A stretch of DNA of 37,327 nucleotides, taken from contig CAYXJG010000004.1 of the NCBI GenBank assembly GCA_964465285.1, forward strand, positions 1 through 37,327. The letters are read 5' to 3'. Numbering within the stretch: the stretch's first letter is position 1; every line of letters begins with the position of its first letter. This DNA comes from an uncultured bacterium. Lineage in GTDB: Bacteria; Cyanobacteriota; Cyanobacteriia; CAKZMO01. Below, one piece after another: positions 27,402 to 37,153 of this stretch. Position numbers and translations under genes: made by a program. The notes below the pieces were generated by a model that saw only the letters and a program-made list of their open reading frames with translations, did not search any database and was not told the origin of the DNA.

Positions 27402-28319
27402 ATGACATCCTCTATTTCTCCTCCTTCAACGACATTAGTGCCTGCTGTTATGCAATCTCCGTGGCAGCAGGCATGGAAGCGGTTCAAGCGCGATCGCACG
27501 GCGCTGGTAGGCAGCGTTATGCTGCTGCTCATCATGATGGGCGTGCTGATTGTGCCGCTGTTTTACACTGTTCCCATCGACCAAATTGACTTTGGGCAGT
27601 CGAGCCAGCCTCCCAGTTGGGAGCATCCCTTTGGCACCAACGATTTAGGGCAAGACCAGTTAGCCAGAATACTGGCAGGGGGACGCATTTCCCTGGCAGT
27701 AGGTGTCGCGGCGATGCTGGTCGCAATTCTGTTGGGCAGCGTGATTGGGGCGATCGCCGGATTCTACGGCGGCATTCTCGACTTGCTGCTAATGCGGATC
27801 ACCGATTTATTCCTGGCGCTACCGCAACTGCCCGTGCTGCTGCTGGTGCTGTATCTGTTTCGGGAGCCTGTGGGAGCGATCGCCGGAGCTGAGGTGGGAA
27901 CCTTTGGGCTGGTGGTGGGGGTCATCGGCATCCTCAACTGGATGTCCGTGGCGCGGCTGGTGCGAGCCAGTTTCCTCAGCCTACGAGAGCAGACCTTTGC
28001 GCGGGCTGTCCGCGCCCTTGGCGCTCGACCCTGGCGGTTGATGTGGCTCCACCTCATGCCCAATGCCCTGAGTCCGGTCATCGTTGCTGCAACCCTGGCG
28101 GTCGGCACCGCCATTTTAACGGAATCGACTCTCAGCTTTTTGGGCCTGGGCTTTCCGCCCGATGTTCCGACCTGGGGCCGTATGCTCTACGATGCCCAAA
28201 ACTACCTGGAAACGGCACCTCACATGGCGCTGTTTCCAGGAGCCGCGATTTTCCTGACAGTGCTGAGTATTAACTACATCGGGGATGGTCTGCGGGATGC
28301 GCTGGATCCAAGAGGGTGA
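27402..28319 (+). CDS. Peptide/nickel ABC transporter permease (DppC/OppC-like)
   Basis: HPFGTNDLGQD, GGRISL, ARLVRA, ESTLSFLGLG, GDGLRDALDPR. Confidence 0.93.
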   Translation: MTSSISPPSTTLVPAVMQSPWQQAWKRFKRDRTALVGSVMLLLIMMGVLIVPLFYTVPIDQIDFGQSSQPPSWEHPFGTNDLGQDQLARILAGGRISLAVGVAAMLVAILLGSVIGAIAGFYGGILDLLLMRITDLFLALPQLPVLLLVLYLFREPVGAIAGAEVGTFGLVVGVIGILNWMSVARLVRASFLSLREQTFARAVRALGARPWRLMWLHLMPNALSPVIVAATLAVGTAILTESTLSFLGLGFPPDVPTWGRMLYDAQNYLETAPHMALFPGAAIFLTVLSINYIGDGLRDALDPRG

Positions 28320-28332
28320 AGAGTCATGAGGT

Positions 28333-28436
28333 CACGACTTGGCAACGTTCTCAAATTCACAACGCAAGGGTAAGGGTTTGGCCCGCGCGGAGCGAGCCCC
28401 AAACCCTTATTCTTGCGTGAAATTTGCCAAGTCGTA
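28333..28436 (+). mobile_element. Family F1 element
   Basis: ATGAGGT 7-bp duplication; loop GGA. Confidence 0.88.
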
Positions 28437-28459
28437 ATGAGGTAAAGAGTCATAAATGA

Positions 28460-28521
28460 AGCAGAGCGGCATCGCCGCGCCGCTCTACTAAAATTGAGTT
28501 CAAATTATTACTTCTCGCTCC
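28460..28521 (+). mobile_element. Partial family F5 element overlapping the 3' end of the pentapeptide gene
   Basis: GCGGC-ATC-GCCGCGCCGCTCTACTAAAATTGAGTTCAAATTATTACTTCTCGCTCC|TAA. Confidence 0.7.
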
Positions 28522-29146
28522 TAAGTTTTGTCCCAACCGTGCAGGCATCCACCAAGCTGGTGCCGCTCAAGTCCGTACCATCTAGGTCGGCACAGAGTAA
28601 ATTGGCACCGTTGAGATTGGCTCCGGCAAGATTGGCATTCCTCAAATCTGCTTCTTCCAGGTTTGCTTCCGTAAGAATAGCCCCCTGGAGATTAGCCTGA
28701 CTCAAATTGGCACCGCTCAGGTTAGCATTGCTGAGGTTTGCGCCGCGCAGGTCAGCCCCCCGGATGTCAACGCCTTCTAAGTCAACGCCCATAAGGTTGG
28801 CACCGCTGAGGAAAGCAGCGGCAAGGCTGGTGTTGCGGAGGTTCGCCTGCATCAGGTTTGCTCCCTTGAGGTTTGCCCCCCGCAGATCTGCCTCTGACAA
28901 ATCGGTTTGCATCAGGTTTGCCCCTGGAAAATTAGCCCGCAGGTCGCAGTTGAGGAACTTGCATCCAGTTAAGTTCGCACCATCAAACCGCGTGCCGTTC
29001 AACCGGGCATGGCTCAGGTCTGCTCCAGTCAGAATAGCTCCAGATAGATTAACGCGGCTCAGATCTGCATGGGTGAGGTCTTCATCTTCCAGGTTGGCAC
29101 CTGCAAGGTGGATGACCTTGCCAGCCCGAATGTCATCAATATCCAT
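28508..29146 (-). CDS. Pentapeptide repeat protein
   Basis: Near-continuous A(N/D)Lxx repeats over about 190 aa. Confidence 0.95.
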   Translation of the reverse strand: MDIDDIRAGKVIHLAGANLEDEDLTHADLSRVNLSGAILTGADLSHARLNGTRFDGANLTGCKFLNCDLRANFPGANLMQTDLSEADLRGANLKGANLMQANLRNTSLAAAFLSGANLMGVDLEGVDIRGADLRGANLSNANLSGANLSQANLQGAILTEANLEEADLRNANLAGANLNGANLLCADLDGTDLSGTSLVDACTVGTKLRSEK

Positions 29147-29186
29147 AAAAATAAAAAACGATTGCTAAAACCAGCCTAATCCTACA

Positions 29187-29286
29187 AGTAGGTGAACACA
29201 ATCAATTACAAAACCCGTAGAGTCTTGGGCCGCCCGCGCGGCAGGCAGCGCAGGGTTTTACGGGTTTTTAATTGTGCCAAGCTACT
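29187..29286. mobile_element. Family F6 element, reversed and decayed
   Basis: AGTAGGTGAACACAAT...TTAATTGTGCCAAGCTACT|TA with remnant CGCAGGGTTTTACGGGTTTT arm. Confidence 0.72.
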
Positions 29287-29345
29287 TATTTCAGAATCCA
29301 TGCTAAGAATCAAATGGATTTGCCATGAAAGTTAATGTTTTAGAG

Positions 29346-30794
29346 CTACTGAGCCGAACTCACTAGATTGTCAGCATCGTGAGAATCCAGAAGCCAGAGT
29401 CCTGCGGCAATCTTGGGGACATCGACCGACAGGCTCATGCCCTGGCACAGCCCTCCTACCAACAAAGTAAGGACTTCAACTAATTTGGGGTCCCACCGAT
29501 CGCCCGCTTTTTCGGCACACCGAGCAAGGGCTGCTTGCAGAGCCTCGGTATTAACATCCCCGTTAAATCGCTGGGTACTCGGACTCGCAGGGGCAAGTTC
29601 AGAGCAGTGGTGCTGAAATTCGGCTACCAGTCCCAAAATACGCGATTCTAGAGGAATTGCATCACCAGAGAGCTGGGCAGGGCTGCCCTGACCGTTCCAC
29701 CATTCCGTCAGGTGGGTGACGATCGTGGCGATCGCCCGTAGTCTCGGCATGGTTCGCAATACCTGGGTTCCGGGCACCAGTGGGCAAAAAGGGGCGTCGG
29801 TGACAGCGTCCCCGTAGGTGGGCTGTGGTGACGGGAGCATGGCGCTTGTCCCTTGAAGAAGAGCCAGCCGATGGAGCAGTCCTCCTAGCCGCAGCCGATG
29901 GAGCTGCCAGCCAGGGAGATCAAGAAGCTGCCCCATGGCTTCTGCCAGAGCCGCCACTTCCGCCCCTGCTTTGGAATTGCGCACATCGGCTTGGTCAAGC
30001 AACTGCGCTACCCGCAGAAATGCTTGTAGTTCATTCGATAGGATATTTTTATCTAAGTGCCAATGATCAGATTCAATGAGCACCGAGGGTGGCTGTGTAG
30101 GAAGACCAGGGGAATGCTGGAGGTATTCCACCACCCGCATGACAATGCGATCGACCCCTTCTATGGCCGTCTTACTTGCCGGAACGCCTTCGTTGGTGGC
30201 CATCGCTGATTCAATGGACTGTACCTGCTGGGTTAGCTGATCCGCCAATGTCAGATTGTATTCCTGAATCTTGGCGATCGCCAGATGCGCCGTCTCCACC
30301 ACGAGTCGAGGCTCAAAGGTCCAAAACCCGTAGAACTTGCGCTCCAGATCGGTTTCGGGTCGTCCTAGGGCAGCATAGTCCTCGTCAGACAATTCCTGGC
30401 ACAGCACCATCGCCGTATAGTTGGGCGACACAATGATCAGGTGCCACTCCTGGGCGACAGGATCAGTAGGGTCCAGGCTCACTAAGTCTACATTAGGCTT
30501 CTGGCTCGTGGGATGCTCGCTAAACTTGCCATCGGGAGCCGCCATGATAACGATGTGGTCAGACTTCTGGGCGATCGCCCCGTACCGCTCTGCCTCTTGC
30601 AAATACCACTTCCCTTGTTGGAAGGCCGTAATCATCAGGGGTGTACAGGAGGATTCCAGAATAGAATCCTCTAGAGCATGGCAGAGTGCCACCAGCGTGT
30701 TCTTGTAATACACACCAAAGTTGAGGGGGCGCTTAGTCTGCCCGCCACTGCGATGCTCATCTGCAAGTTGTCTTAAAACCGAACCCTCACGCAT
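29346..30794 (-). CDS. DICT sensory domain plus degenerate HD-GYP domain protein
   Basis: LVALCHALED, TAFQ, QEWHLI, FYGFWTFEP (DICT); LLHRLA, EWWNGQGSP..LSGDAIPLESRI, WDPKLVE (HD-GYP-like). Confidence 0.8.
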   Translation of the reverse strand: MREGSVLRQLADEHRSGGQTKRPLNFGVYYKNTLVALCHALEDSILESSCTPLMITAFQQGKWYLQEAERYGAIAQKSDHIVIMAAPDGKFSEHPTSQKPNVDLVSLDPTDPVAQEWHLIIVSPNYTAMVLCQELSDEDYAALGRPETDLERKFYGFWTFEPRLVVETAHLAIAKIQEYNLTLADQLTQQVQSIESAMATNEGVPASKTAIEGVDRIVMRVVEYLQHSPGLPTQPPSVLIESDHWHLDKNILSNELQAFLRVAQLLDQADVRNSKAGAEVAALAEAMGQLLDLPGWQLHRLRLGGLLHRLALLQGTSAMLPSPQPTYGDAVTDAPFCPLVPGTQVLRTMPRLRAIATIVTHLTEWWNGQGSPAQLSGDAIPLESRILGLVAEFQHHCSELAPASPSTQRFNGDVNTEALQAALARCAEKAGDRWDPKLVEVLTLLVGGLCQGMSLSVDVPKIAAGLWLLDSHDADNLVSSAQ

Positions 30795-30806
30795 AATCTC
30801 TCTCGC

Positions 30807-32393
30807 CTATCTAATCGCAACCAGTTCCCGCGTGGACTCTGTCAGCGGTGCCGACAGAGCCTCTTCCAACTCCGCACAGCCCAATCGCTGCTCTAGAATC
30901 GCCATCACTTCTCGTCCAAAATCATTGGGATTCCGCTGCCATGCCTCCAAACACACCTCCCCAAAGAATGAGCCCAGAGGTTCAGGATTCCACAGCAGTT
31001 TCCGTGCCGTCCAGGGCATCAGACTCATCGGATCGTAGTCTGGCTTCAGGATTTCGTGTTTCAGGGCATAGCCTTCCAGGTGGGTATGGGGCTGGAGGCC
31101 GATGAAGAAGATGGCAGGCTCTACTTTGTCAGCACCGAAAATGCGCTCCAGTTCCCGATGGTAAGCGATGGTCTGGCGAATTGTCTCTGGGCGTTCATCA
31201 ATCACGTTAAAGGAGTAATTGACGGACACCAGATCGTTAAATCCAGCAGCTTTGAGATCTCGGCAGTTCTCCAGCACCGTCCGCAGGTTGTAGCCCATTC
31301 TCATTTTTCGAACGAGTTCCTGAGAGCCACTGGTGATACCAATCTCAAAGTAATTCATCCCCGTTTTTACCATCAAGTCGCACAGTTCGGGGGTCAGGTT
31401 ATCCGCCCGAATATATGCTGCCCAGTGAATATCCTCCATGCCTGCGTCCAGAATCTTTTGCAGCAGTTCCACTACATCATCAATGAAGCGGCGGGCGGGA
31501 ATGAACTGGGCGTCGGTGAACCAGAAGTTGCGAATGCCCCGGTCATAGAGCTGGCGCATTTCTGCTACCACCTCATCAGCAGGGTTGATACGTACCTGCT
31601 TGCCCTCGACCACTGTATAGATGCAGTAGCAGCAGTTGTGGGGGCATCCACGCTTCGTCTGCACCCCGACATAAAAATCTTGATCCTGAAAATAATATTC
31701 AAACTCAGGCCAGATCTGACCAATGTATCCGTAGTCGCAGGCAGACTTTTCAATGGGAGTGGGGCTTTCATGAATCATGCGATCGCGCGGCTCGGTTTCA
31801 CCCACCACATAGCAGCGCTCATCTCCAAAATTTTGCCCTTTCAGGAGTTTCTCTAGCAAGGCTTCTCCTTCCCCAACGGAAACAATGGTTCCCTCAGGCA
31901 GCATGGAACTCATCTGTTCATAGAAGACGCTGACGGCACCACCACCAACCACTACCCGCGCATCAGGATTGTACTGTTTTGCTCGCTTAATGCCTCGCTT
32001 AATCAAACCCGCGTTACGCCACAGCTCTGTGTAGTAAGCAGTAGTCACCTTCAGTCCCCCCAAAGCACCCCGAAGCCGGGTAAAGGGATTTTTTGCGTAG
32101 TAAAACTCGAAGGCATGTTGCAGGGGGTTGCCACCCCGTCCACCGACAGGCGCGTAAATCTGAATGTCTCGCCAGGAAAACACAAGCAGGGTCGGTTTGA
32201 ACTCATCAATGCACCGATCCAGAGCCTTTGAGAAGTCTAGAGGCGGAATCGCACCTAGGTCAAAAATACGCTGCTCTAGGTCTGGAAAAGCCTTGTGAAC
32301 GTGATCCGCCAAATAAACCACACCAATCGGAAAAATAGGGTTACAGGGCAGGCGCACATAGAGAATGCGTTGACTTGCTTGTGCGCAGCACAT
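30807..32393 (-). CDS. Radical SAM protein of the cyanobacterial Slr0320-like (PSII high-light acclimation) type
   Basis: RILYVRLPCNPIFPIG; QTKRGCPHNCCYC (CxxxCxxC); start could be 32393 or up to 32501; subfamily is from recall. Confidence 0.85.
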   Translation of the reverse strand: MCCAQASQRILYVRLPCNPIFPIGVVYLADHVHKAFPDLEQRIFDLGAIPPLDFSKALDRCIDEFKPTLLVFSWRDIQIYAPVGGRGGNPLQHAFEFYYAKNPFTRLRGALGGLKVTTAYYTELWRNAGLIKRGIKRAKQYNPDARVVVGGGAVSVFYEQMSSMLPEGTIVSVGEGEALLEKLLKGQNFGDERCYVVGETEPRDRMIHESPTPIEKSACDYGYIGQIWPEFEYYFQDQDFYVGVQTKRGCPHNCCYCIYTVVEGKQVRINPADEVVAEMRQLYDRGIRNFWFTDAQFIPARRFIDDVVELLQKILDAGMEDIHWAAYIRADNLTPELCDLMVKTGMNYFEIGITSGSQELVRKMRMGYNLRTVLENCRDLKAAGFNDLVSVNYSFNVIDERPETIRQTIAYHRELERIFGADKVEPAIFFIGLQPHTHLEGYALKHEILKPDYDPMSLMPWTARKLLWNPEPLGSFFGEVCLEAWQRNPNDFGREVMAILEQRLGCAELEEALSAPLTESTRELVAIR

Positions 32394-32643
32394 ATCGCCT
32401 ACTGCTGGAGTCCTCCGTTTGTTATTCTGCCTCCGTTTGTTATTCTGTCTGTTGTTCTGTAGTTCAGGCATTAGTTCAGGCATTATGCCCCTCTGAGTCA
32501 TTCTGCGCGACAGTCATCTCTATATCCAAGCAAGGGGATAAAGCCCCTTGTTTAAGATCCATTGAGTCTTAAGCATAAGAAATGTTCACATATCTTTACG
32601 ATACCATCCTCATCTTGAGAACGCATCCGACATTAATCTTTGT

Positions 32644-32733
32644 CAGCAATTCTCAATTATGGAAGTTTAGGGGTTTGGGGCGCGCGGGGCGCGGGCCAAA
32701 CCCCTAGTTTTTCGTTAAACTTGCCAAGTCGTG
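32644..32733. mobile_element. Chimeric element: F3 left end fused to F1 hairpin and right end
   Basis: CAGCAATTCTCAATTATGGAAGTT-TAGGGG-TTTGGGGCGCGC...AAACTTGCCAAGTCGTG. Confidence 0.82.
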
Positions 32734-32736
32734 TGC

Positions 32737-34779
32737 CTACATACCTGCTCCCCTCTGCCAGATTTTGATGCTTTCATCGGCGCTACCACTCACAAGCTCA
32801 TGGCCCTTTGGTGAAAACGCTAGGCTGTTGACGCTCCACACGTGATTCAGAATGCACAGCCGATGGATGTGATCAGGAATGACGGGCGATCGCCCGTCCC
32901 CTTGCGCCTCTTCTTTGAGTGTTTCTCCTTCGGGTGCCAATGGGCAGTGATACCCTTCCTCGACCTGTGATGAGTTTCCTGTCTTATCTTCCAGCGACCA
33001 GATCTGTACACAGGTGTCGTCACCGCCGCTGGCAAACAACCAGGCGGCAGGACTTGCTGCAATAGAATGAATCGCATCTTTATGGGCCTGGATCGTCTTC
33101 ATGGGAACGGCCTGTTTCACGTCCCAGAAAGTCAGATCGCCATCGTCGCCGCCACTGACCATTACCCGCCAGTCGAAGCTCAGCGCCATAGCTCCAATGC
33201 GATCGCGATGACTGTGAAAGGTGTTGACCAACTCTGCTGTCCGTAAATCCCACAGGCGAATGGTTTTGTCGTAACTGCTGCTGAGGAGCGCTTTGCCGTC
33301 AGGACTGATCGATAAATCACTGATCCGGTTTTCATGGTGCCAGATGCGCTCGATGAATTCCCCCCGCTCTAAATCCCAGAATTCGATCGCTCCATTGGCT
33401 CCTCCGCTGACCAACAGGCTCCCATCAGGACTAATGGCGATCGCCGAAATCAACCACTCAGCACTAGACAGGGTGCTAATCAACGTGCGATTGCTCAAGT
33501 TCCACAGCTTGATGGTGCCGTCATCGCTGCCGCTGACCAGAGCAGTACCGTCTGGAGTGAAGTGCAGGGCGTTGACGCGATCGCCATGACCATTATGGTT
33601 CCAGAGCGATCGCCCCTCGATGGTGTGCAGTTTTGTTCCTGTTTGCAGGTTCCACAGAATAATGCGGTGGTCGGTGCTGCCACTGGCGAGCACCTGCCCG
33701 CTGGGACTCACGGCAACGGTGGTTACCGACCCCGAATGCCCCGTTAGTTGGTGGGCGCAGTACCAGGGCTGACCCCGTTCCGGTGCTGCCACCGGGGAGG
33801 GGGCTGGCGATAATGTGGGTTCTGGGGCATATCCGGCGATCGCTGCAATGTCTTTGGGAATAGCGTAGCTGAGGCGACGGCTGCGGGTGAAGTCAAGTTC
33901 CAAGGGGGGCGATCGCAGATCCTTAAGTGCTGCCGTCGCCGTGCGGTAGCGCTGCTGCACCGACCGTCGCAGCATCCGGTTCAGCACATAGGCCAACTCA
34001 TCGCTAATCGGCTCCAGCAGATAGTCCTGCCATACCCAATCATCTTGACTCACGGAAAACAACTCAAAGGGGTGCATTCCCGTAAGCAAATGCACACAGG
34101 TGACACCCAGACTGTACAGGTCGCTGGAAAACACCGCCTTGCCCATGGCCTGTTCCGGTGCCAGATATCCCGCACTGCCGATGACCGTCCCTGTCCGGGC
34201 GAGAGCCGTCCCCGTCGCCCGTTTGGCGGAGCCAAAGTCCACCAGCACCACGGGACTGTCGATAATGGGAGCAATCAGGTTTTGGGGCTTGATGTCCCGG
34301 TGAATCACCCGCCGCTTGTGGATAAAGGCGAGGACAGGCAGCAGGTCTTCGAGTAGCTGGCGAATGCCGTCTTCATCGAAGGGGCCGCCCTCTTGTAGAG
34401 CTACTTCGAAATTTTCCCCGTCAATGAACTCCTGAACTAGATAGTTGCCGTCCTCATCCTCTACATAATCCAGCAAAGCGGGAATCTGGGGATGTTCGCC
34501 CAACTCCTCCAGCCGATCAACTTCCTGGCGAAACCGTTCCAAATCCTCCGCCGGTGAATCGCTTCCGTCACCAGGAAACACATGCTTAATAACGCAGCGG
34601 GGGCGATCGGGAAACTCATCGTCAACAGCCAGATAGGTCTTGCCAAAGCCGCCCTCGCCGATGGGTTCCAGCGCCCGGTAGCGATCGCCCAGCAACAGAG
34701 AATGGCCGCAGGCTGTGCAGTAGAAGTCAGTATCGGGGTTTTCGGGCGACGGACACTCTGGGTTGAGGCAATAGCTCAT
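32737..34779 (-). CDS. Ser/Thr protein kinase with WD40 repeats
   Basis: MSYCLNPEC zinc prefix, IGEGGFGKTY, HRDIKPQN, DFG, APEQ, then about 7 GH...WD-type repeats; start moved to 34779. Confidence 0.94.
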   Translation of the reverse strand: MSYCLNPECPSPENPDTDFYCTACGHSLLLGDRYRALEPIGEGGFGKTYLAVDDEFPDRPRCVIKHVFPGDGSDSPAEDLERFRQEVDRLEELGEHPQIPALLDYVEDEDGNYLVQEFIDGENFEVALQEGGPFDEDGIRQLLEDLLPVLAFIHKRRVIHRDIKPQNLIAPIIDSPVVLVDFGSAKRATGTALARTGTVIGSAGYLAPEQAMGKAVFSSDLYSLGVTCVHLLTGMHPFELFSVSQDDWVWQDYLLEPISDELAYVLNRMLRRSVQQRYRTATAALKDLRSPPLELDFTRSRRLSYAIPKDIAAIAGYAPEPTLSPAPSPVAAPERGQPWYCAHQLTGHSGSVTTVAVSPSGQVLASGSTDHRIILWNLQTGTKLHTIEGRSLWNHNGHGDRVNALHFTPDGTALVSGSDDGTIKLWNLSNRTLISTLSSAEWLISAIAISPDGSLLVSGGANGAIEFWDLERGEFIERIWHHENRISDLSISPDGKALLSSSYDKTIRLWDLRTAELVNTFHSHRDRIGAMALSFDWRVMVSGGDDGDLTFWDVKQAVPMKTIQAHKDAIHSIAASPAAWLFASGGDDTCVQIWSLEDKTGNSSQVEEGYHCPLAPEGETLKEEAQGDGRSPVIPDHIHRLCILNHVWSVNSLAFSPKGHELVSGSADESIKIWQRGAGM

Positions 34780-35193
34780 GTATCCTAGGGTTAATGGATG
34801 ACGACTTAGAAAAGCGAGGACGACATTAATCAATCAATAATCAATCAACTCAAATCAAGGTGCTGTAGATTGAGTTGCTAAATGCACGTGATGGTTTTTG
34901 CATTTCCAAACTCACCAATCAAGTGCCACGCAGTGAGTTATTGGCAGAACATACGCAAATTCTCTCTGCTGAGAAGATTCGCTTGGATGGTGATGGATAC
35001 AGCCCGCTATCATCCAAAAATTTGCGTACAATTTTTGTACCCTCTAGGCGATCGATCGAATCAGGCACGATAGCACTGCTCATTACCTCGAATGTTCTCC
35101 TTGCATCTCCCATTGTTTAGTATATTGATGCGATACGACAACGGCTGGAAAAAAATTTGCTTGACCTTCTCCTGGTTGCCTTCCCCTGCATTA

Positions 35194-35289
35194 GGGATTA
35201 GCCAGAAAATAAAATCCGAGAGAGGAGCGGCAGGCTGAGCCTGCCGCCCCTCTCTCGGATTTTGGGTATTTTATTTTCCCGCAAGTCCC
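35194..35289. mobile_element. Family F4 element, reversed variant
   Basis: TTA|GGGATTAGC...GCAAGTCCC|TTA; hairpin AAAATCCGAGAGAGGAGCGGCAGGC-TGA-GCCTGCCGCCCCTCTCTCGGATTTT. Confidence 0.78.
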
Positions 35290-35645
35290 TTAAGGGAATC
35301 TATTGGGCTCCTGAATGTAGTGGCCTATGAATGTAGTGGCATAGTGCTCGACGGCGTAAATAGCCCCACTGTTTTTGATAGGCAGAACTCCCTGGCACAT
35401 AAAGAATCCCCATTCTGCCTTCATCCTTCTGACTTCTGACTTCCGATACTCGTGGGTGGGACGCTCTTTGCGCGCCCCGCTCACCAAGTAAAATCTACTC
35501 GGTGAACAAGCTAGAGCACTGGAGCAAAGGATTGAGCCACATAAAACACACTGGCCACTAATAAATCGATTAGTAAATAGATGATTAAAAACAGGCATCA
35601 ATGGGGAATACACTAAAGTGGTTCTTGCTTAGGAGCGCTTACTTA

Positions 35646-35843
35646 GGAACGAGAATTCAATAACTTGAACCAAGCTTTAGTGATGCGGCGCGGCATCGTC
35701 CCGTCGCGCTACTAAAATTGGACTTTAAGTAGCCTGGCACAATTAAAGACCAGATGTAAAACCCTGCGCCGCCTGCGCAGCAGGCGGCGCAGGGTTTTAC
35801 GGGTTTTATAATTAACTGTGCTCGCCTACTTATTTAGTCCTTG
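35646..35843 (-). mobile_element. Family F5 element, reversed, with a nested F6 copy
   Basis: TTA|GGAACGAGAATT...AAAATTGGACTTTA[F6]TATTTAGTCCTTG. Confidence 0.75.
35728..35830. mobile_element. Family F6 element (103 bp)
   Basis: TA|AGTAGCCTGGCACAATTAA...TTAACTGTGCTCGCCTACT|TA; perfect stem GTAAAACCCTGCGCCGCCTGC with loop GCA. Confidence 0.85.
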
Positions 35844-35899
35844 ATTGTTAACTTTGACAGGAATTGAGATTCATCCAGTAAACGGAGAGATGAGAATCT

Positions 35900-37153
35900 A
35901 TGGCAAATTGGCATATTGAATCCTATCAACTTAAACGACGAGATATATTGCGCGGTACGGCTGGTTTGGGTGCTGGGCTTTTGCTCTCAAAGCTCACTGG
36001 CTGCGCCAGTTCGTCTGATGCAGAGCAAGGGAATGGAGCATCTGGAGGGGAAAGTGGCGACCCGGTGAAAGTTGGATTAGTAGCCGCTATCACAGGAGCC
36101 TCAGCCCTTTCTGGCGAAGCGATTACCCGTGGCTTGACCATCGCCCTGGAAGAAATTAATGCTAAGGGTGGTGTCATGGGAGGCCGTCCTTTACAGCTTG
36201 TCATTCGGGATGACGAGTCCACCCCAGCGAAGGGCGTTGCTGCTGCACGGGAGTTGATTGAACAAGAAAATGTAGCGATCGTCTTTGGAGGGCTAGATTC
36301 TCCCGTATCGTTGGCAATGCTGGATGTCATTCACGAGCTGGAAGTGCCCTATATGGGCGTATGGGCAGCCGCCACGGGGATTACCCGCAACGACTTCGAT
36401 CCCAACTATGCCTTTCGAGTGTCCGCTAACGACAACATCGTAGACAACTTCTTGACAAAGTATGTGAAAGACACCTACGGCGTTGACAAGGTCGGGCTGG
36501 TGCTGATCAACAATCCTTGGGGGGAGTCCAATGAGGCGGGCTTCAAGGAGTGGGCCCCGCAGCATGGCTTGGAGATTGTGGGCATCGAAAAATTCAATAA
36601 TGAAGACACTGACATTTCACCGCAGTTGACGCGATTAAAAGATGCGGGTGCAGACGCTCTGCTCATGGTGGCTAATGCGGCTCCCGGTGCCCAGGCGATG
36701 AAGTCGCTGGTGCGGATTAACTGGGATGTGCCTGTCATTTCCCACTGGGGCATCTCTGGAGGGCGTTTCCCTGAACTAGCAGGCCAGGACGCCGCTGACA
36801 AGGTTGTCTTTGTGCAGACCTATAGTTTTCATGGGGAGCAAAGTCCTGTCGGTGAGAAGGTGTTAGGGGCATTGCAGGAGAAATACAACCTGTCGGGGCC
36901 GGGGGATATTTTGGCTCCAGTGGGCACTGCAAATGCCTACGACGCCATGCATCTGTCGGCTCTTGCCCTAGATACAGCAGGAGCAACCGATGGGCCTACG
37001 GTTCGGGATGCGTTCTACAATATCCCTACCTTTGAAGGGCTGATTAAGACGTACACTAATCCTTTTACTCCAGATGACCATGACGCATTGGGCGAGAATG
37101 ACTATATTCTGGTTCGCTGGGATGGTGAAGACATTGTTCCTGTGGAATCCTGA
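35900..37153 (+). CDS. ABC transporter substrate-binding protein (LivJ-like fold), Tat-type lipoprotein
   Basis: LKRRDIL twin-arginine, LTGC lipobox, VKVGLV, EEINAKGGVMGGRPLQLVIRDDE, YAFRVS, ANAYDA. Confidence 0.9.
   Translation: MANWHIESYQLKRRDILRGTAGLGAGLLLSKLTGCASSSDAEQGNGASGGESGDPVKVGLVAAITGASALSGEAITRGLTIALEEINAKGGVMGGRPLQLVIRDDESTPAKGVAAARELIEQENVAIVFGGLDSPVSLAMLDVIHELEVPYMGVWAAATGITRNDFDPNYAFRVSANDNIVDNFLTKYVKDTYGVDKVGLVLINNPWGESNEAGFKEWAPQHGLEIVGIEKFNNEDTDISPQLTRLKDAGADALLMVANAAPGAQAMKSLVRINWDVPVISHWGISGGRFPELAGQDAADKVVFVQTYSFHGEQSPVGEKVLGALQEKYNLSGPGDILAPVGTANAYDAMHLSALALDTAGATDGPTVRDAFYNIPTFEGLIKTYTNPFTPDDHDALGENDYILVRWDGEDIVPVES

Noticed and set aside
31056-31856. 266-aa ORF and other long antisense ORFs (9500, 21036, 28707)
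   Set aside because: Shadow frames opposite well-supported genes
34875-35613. Short ORFs between the kinase and the binding protein
   Set aside because: No motifs; the region holds F4 and short tandem repeats
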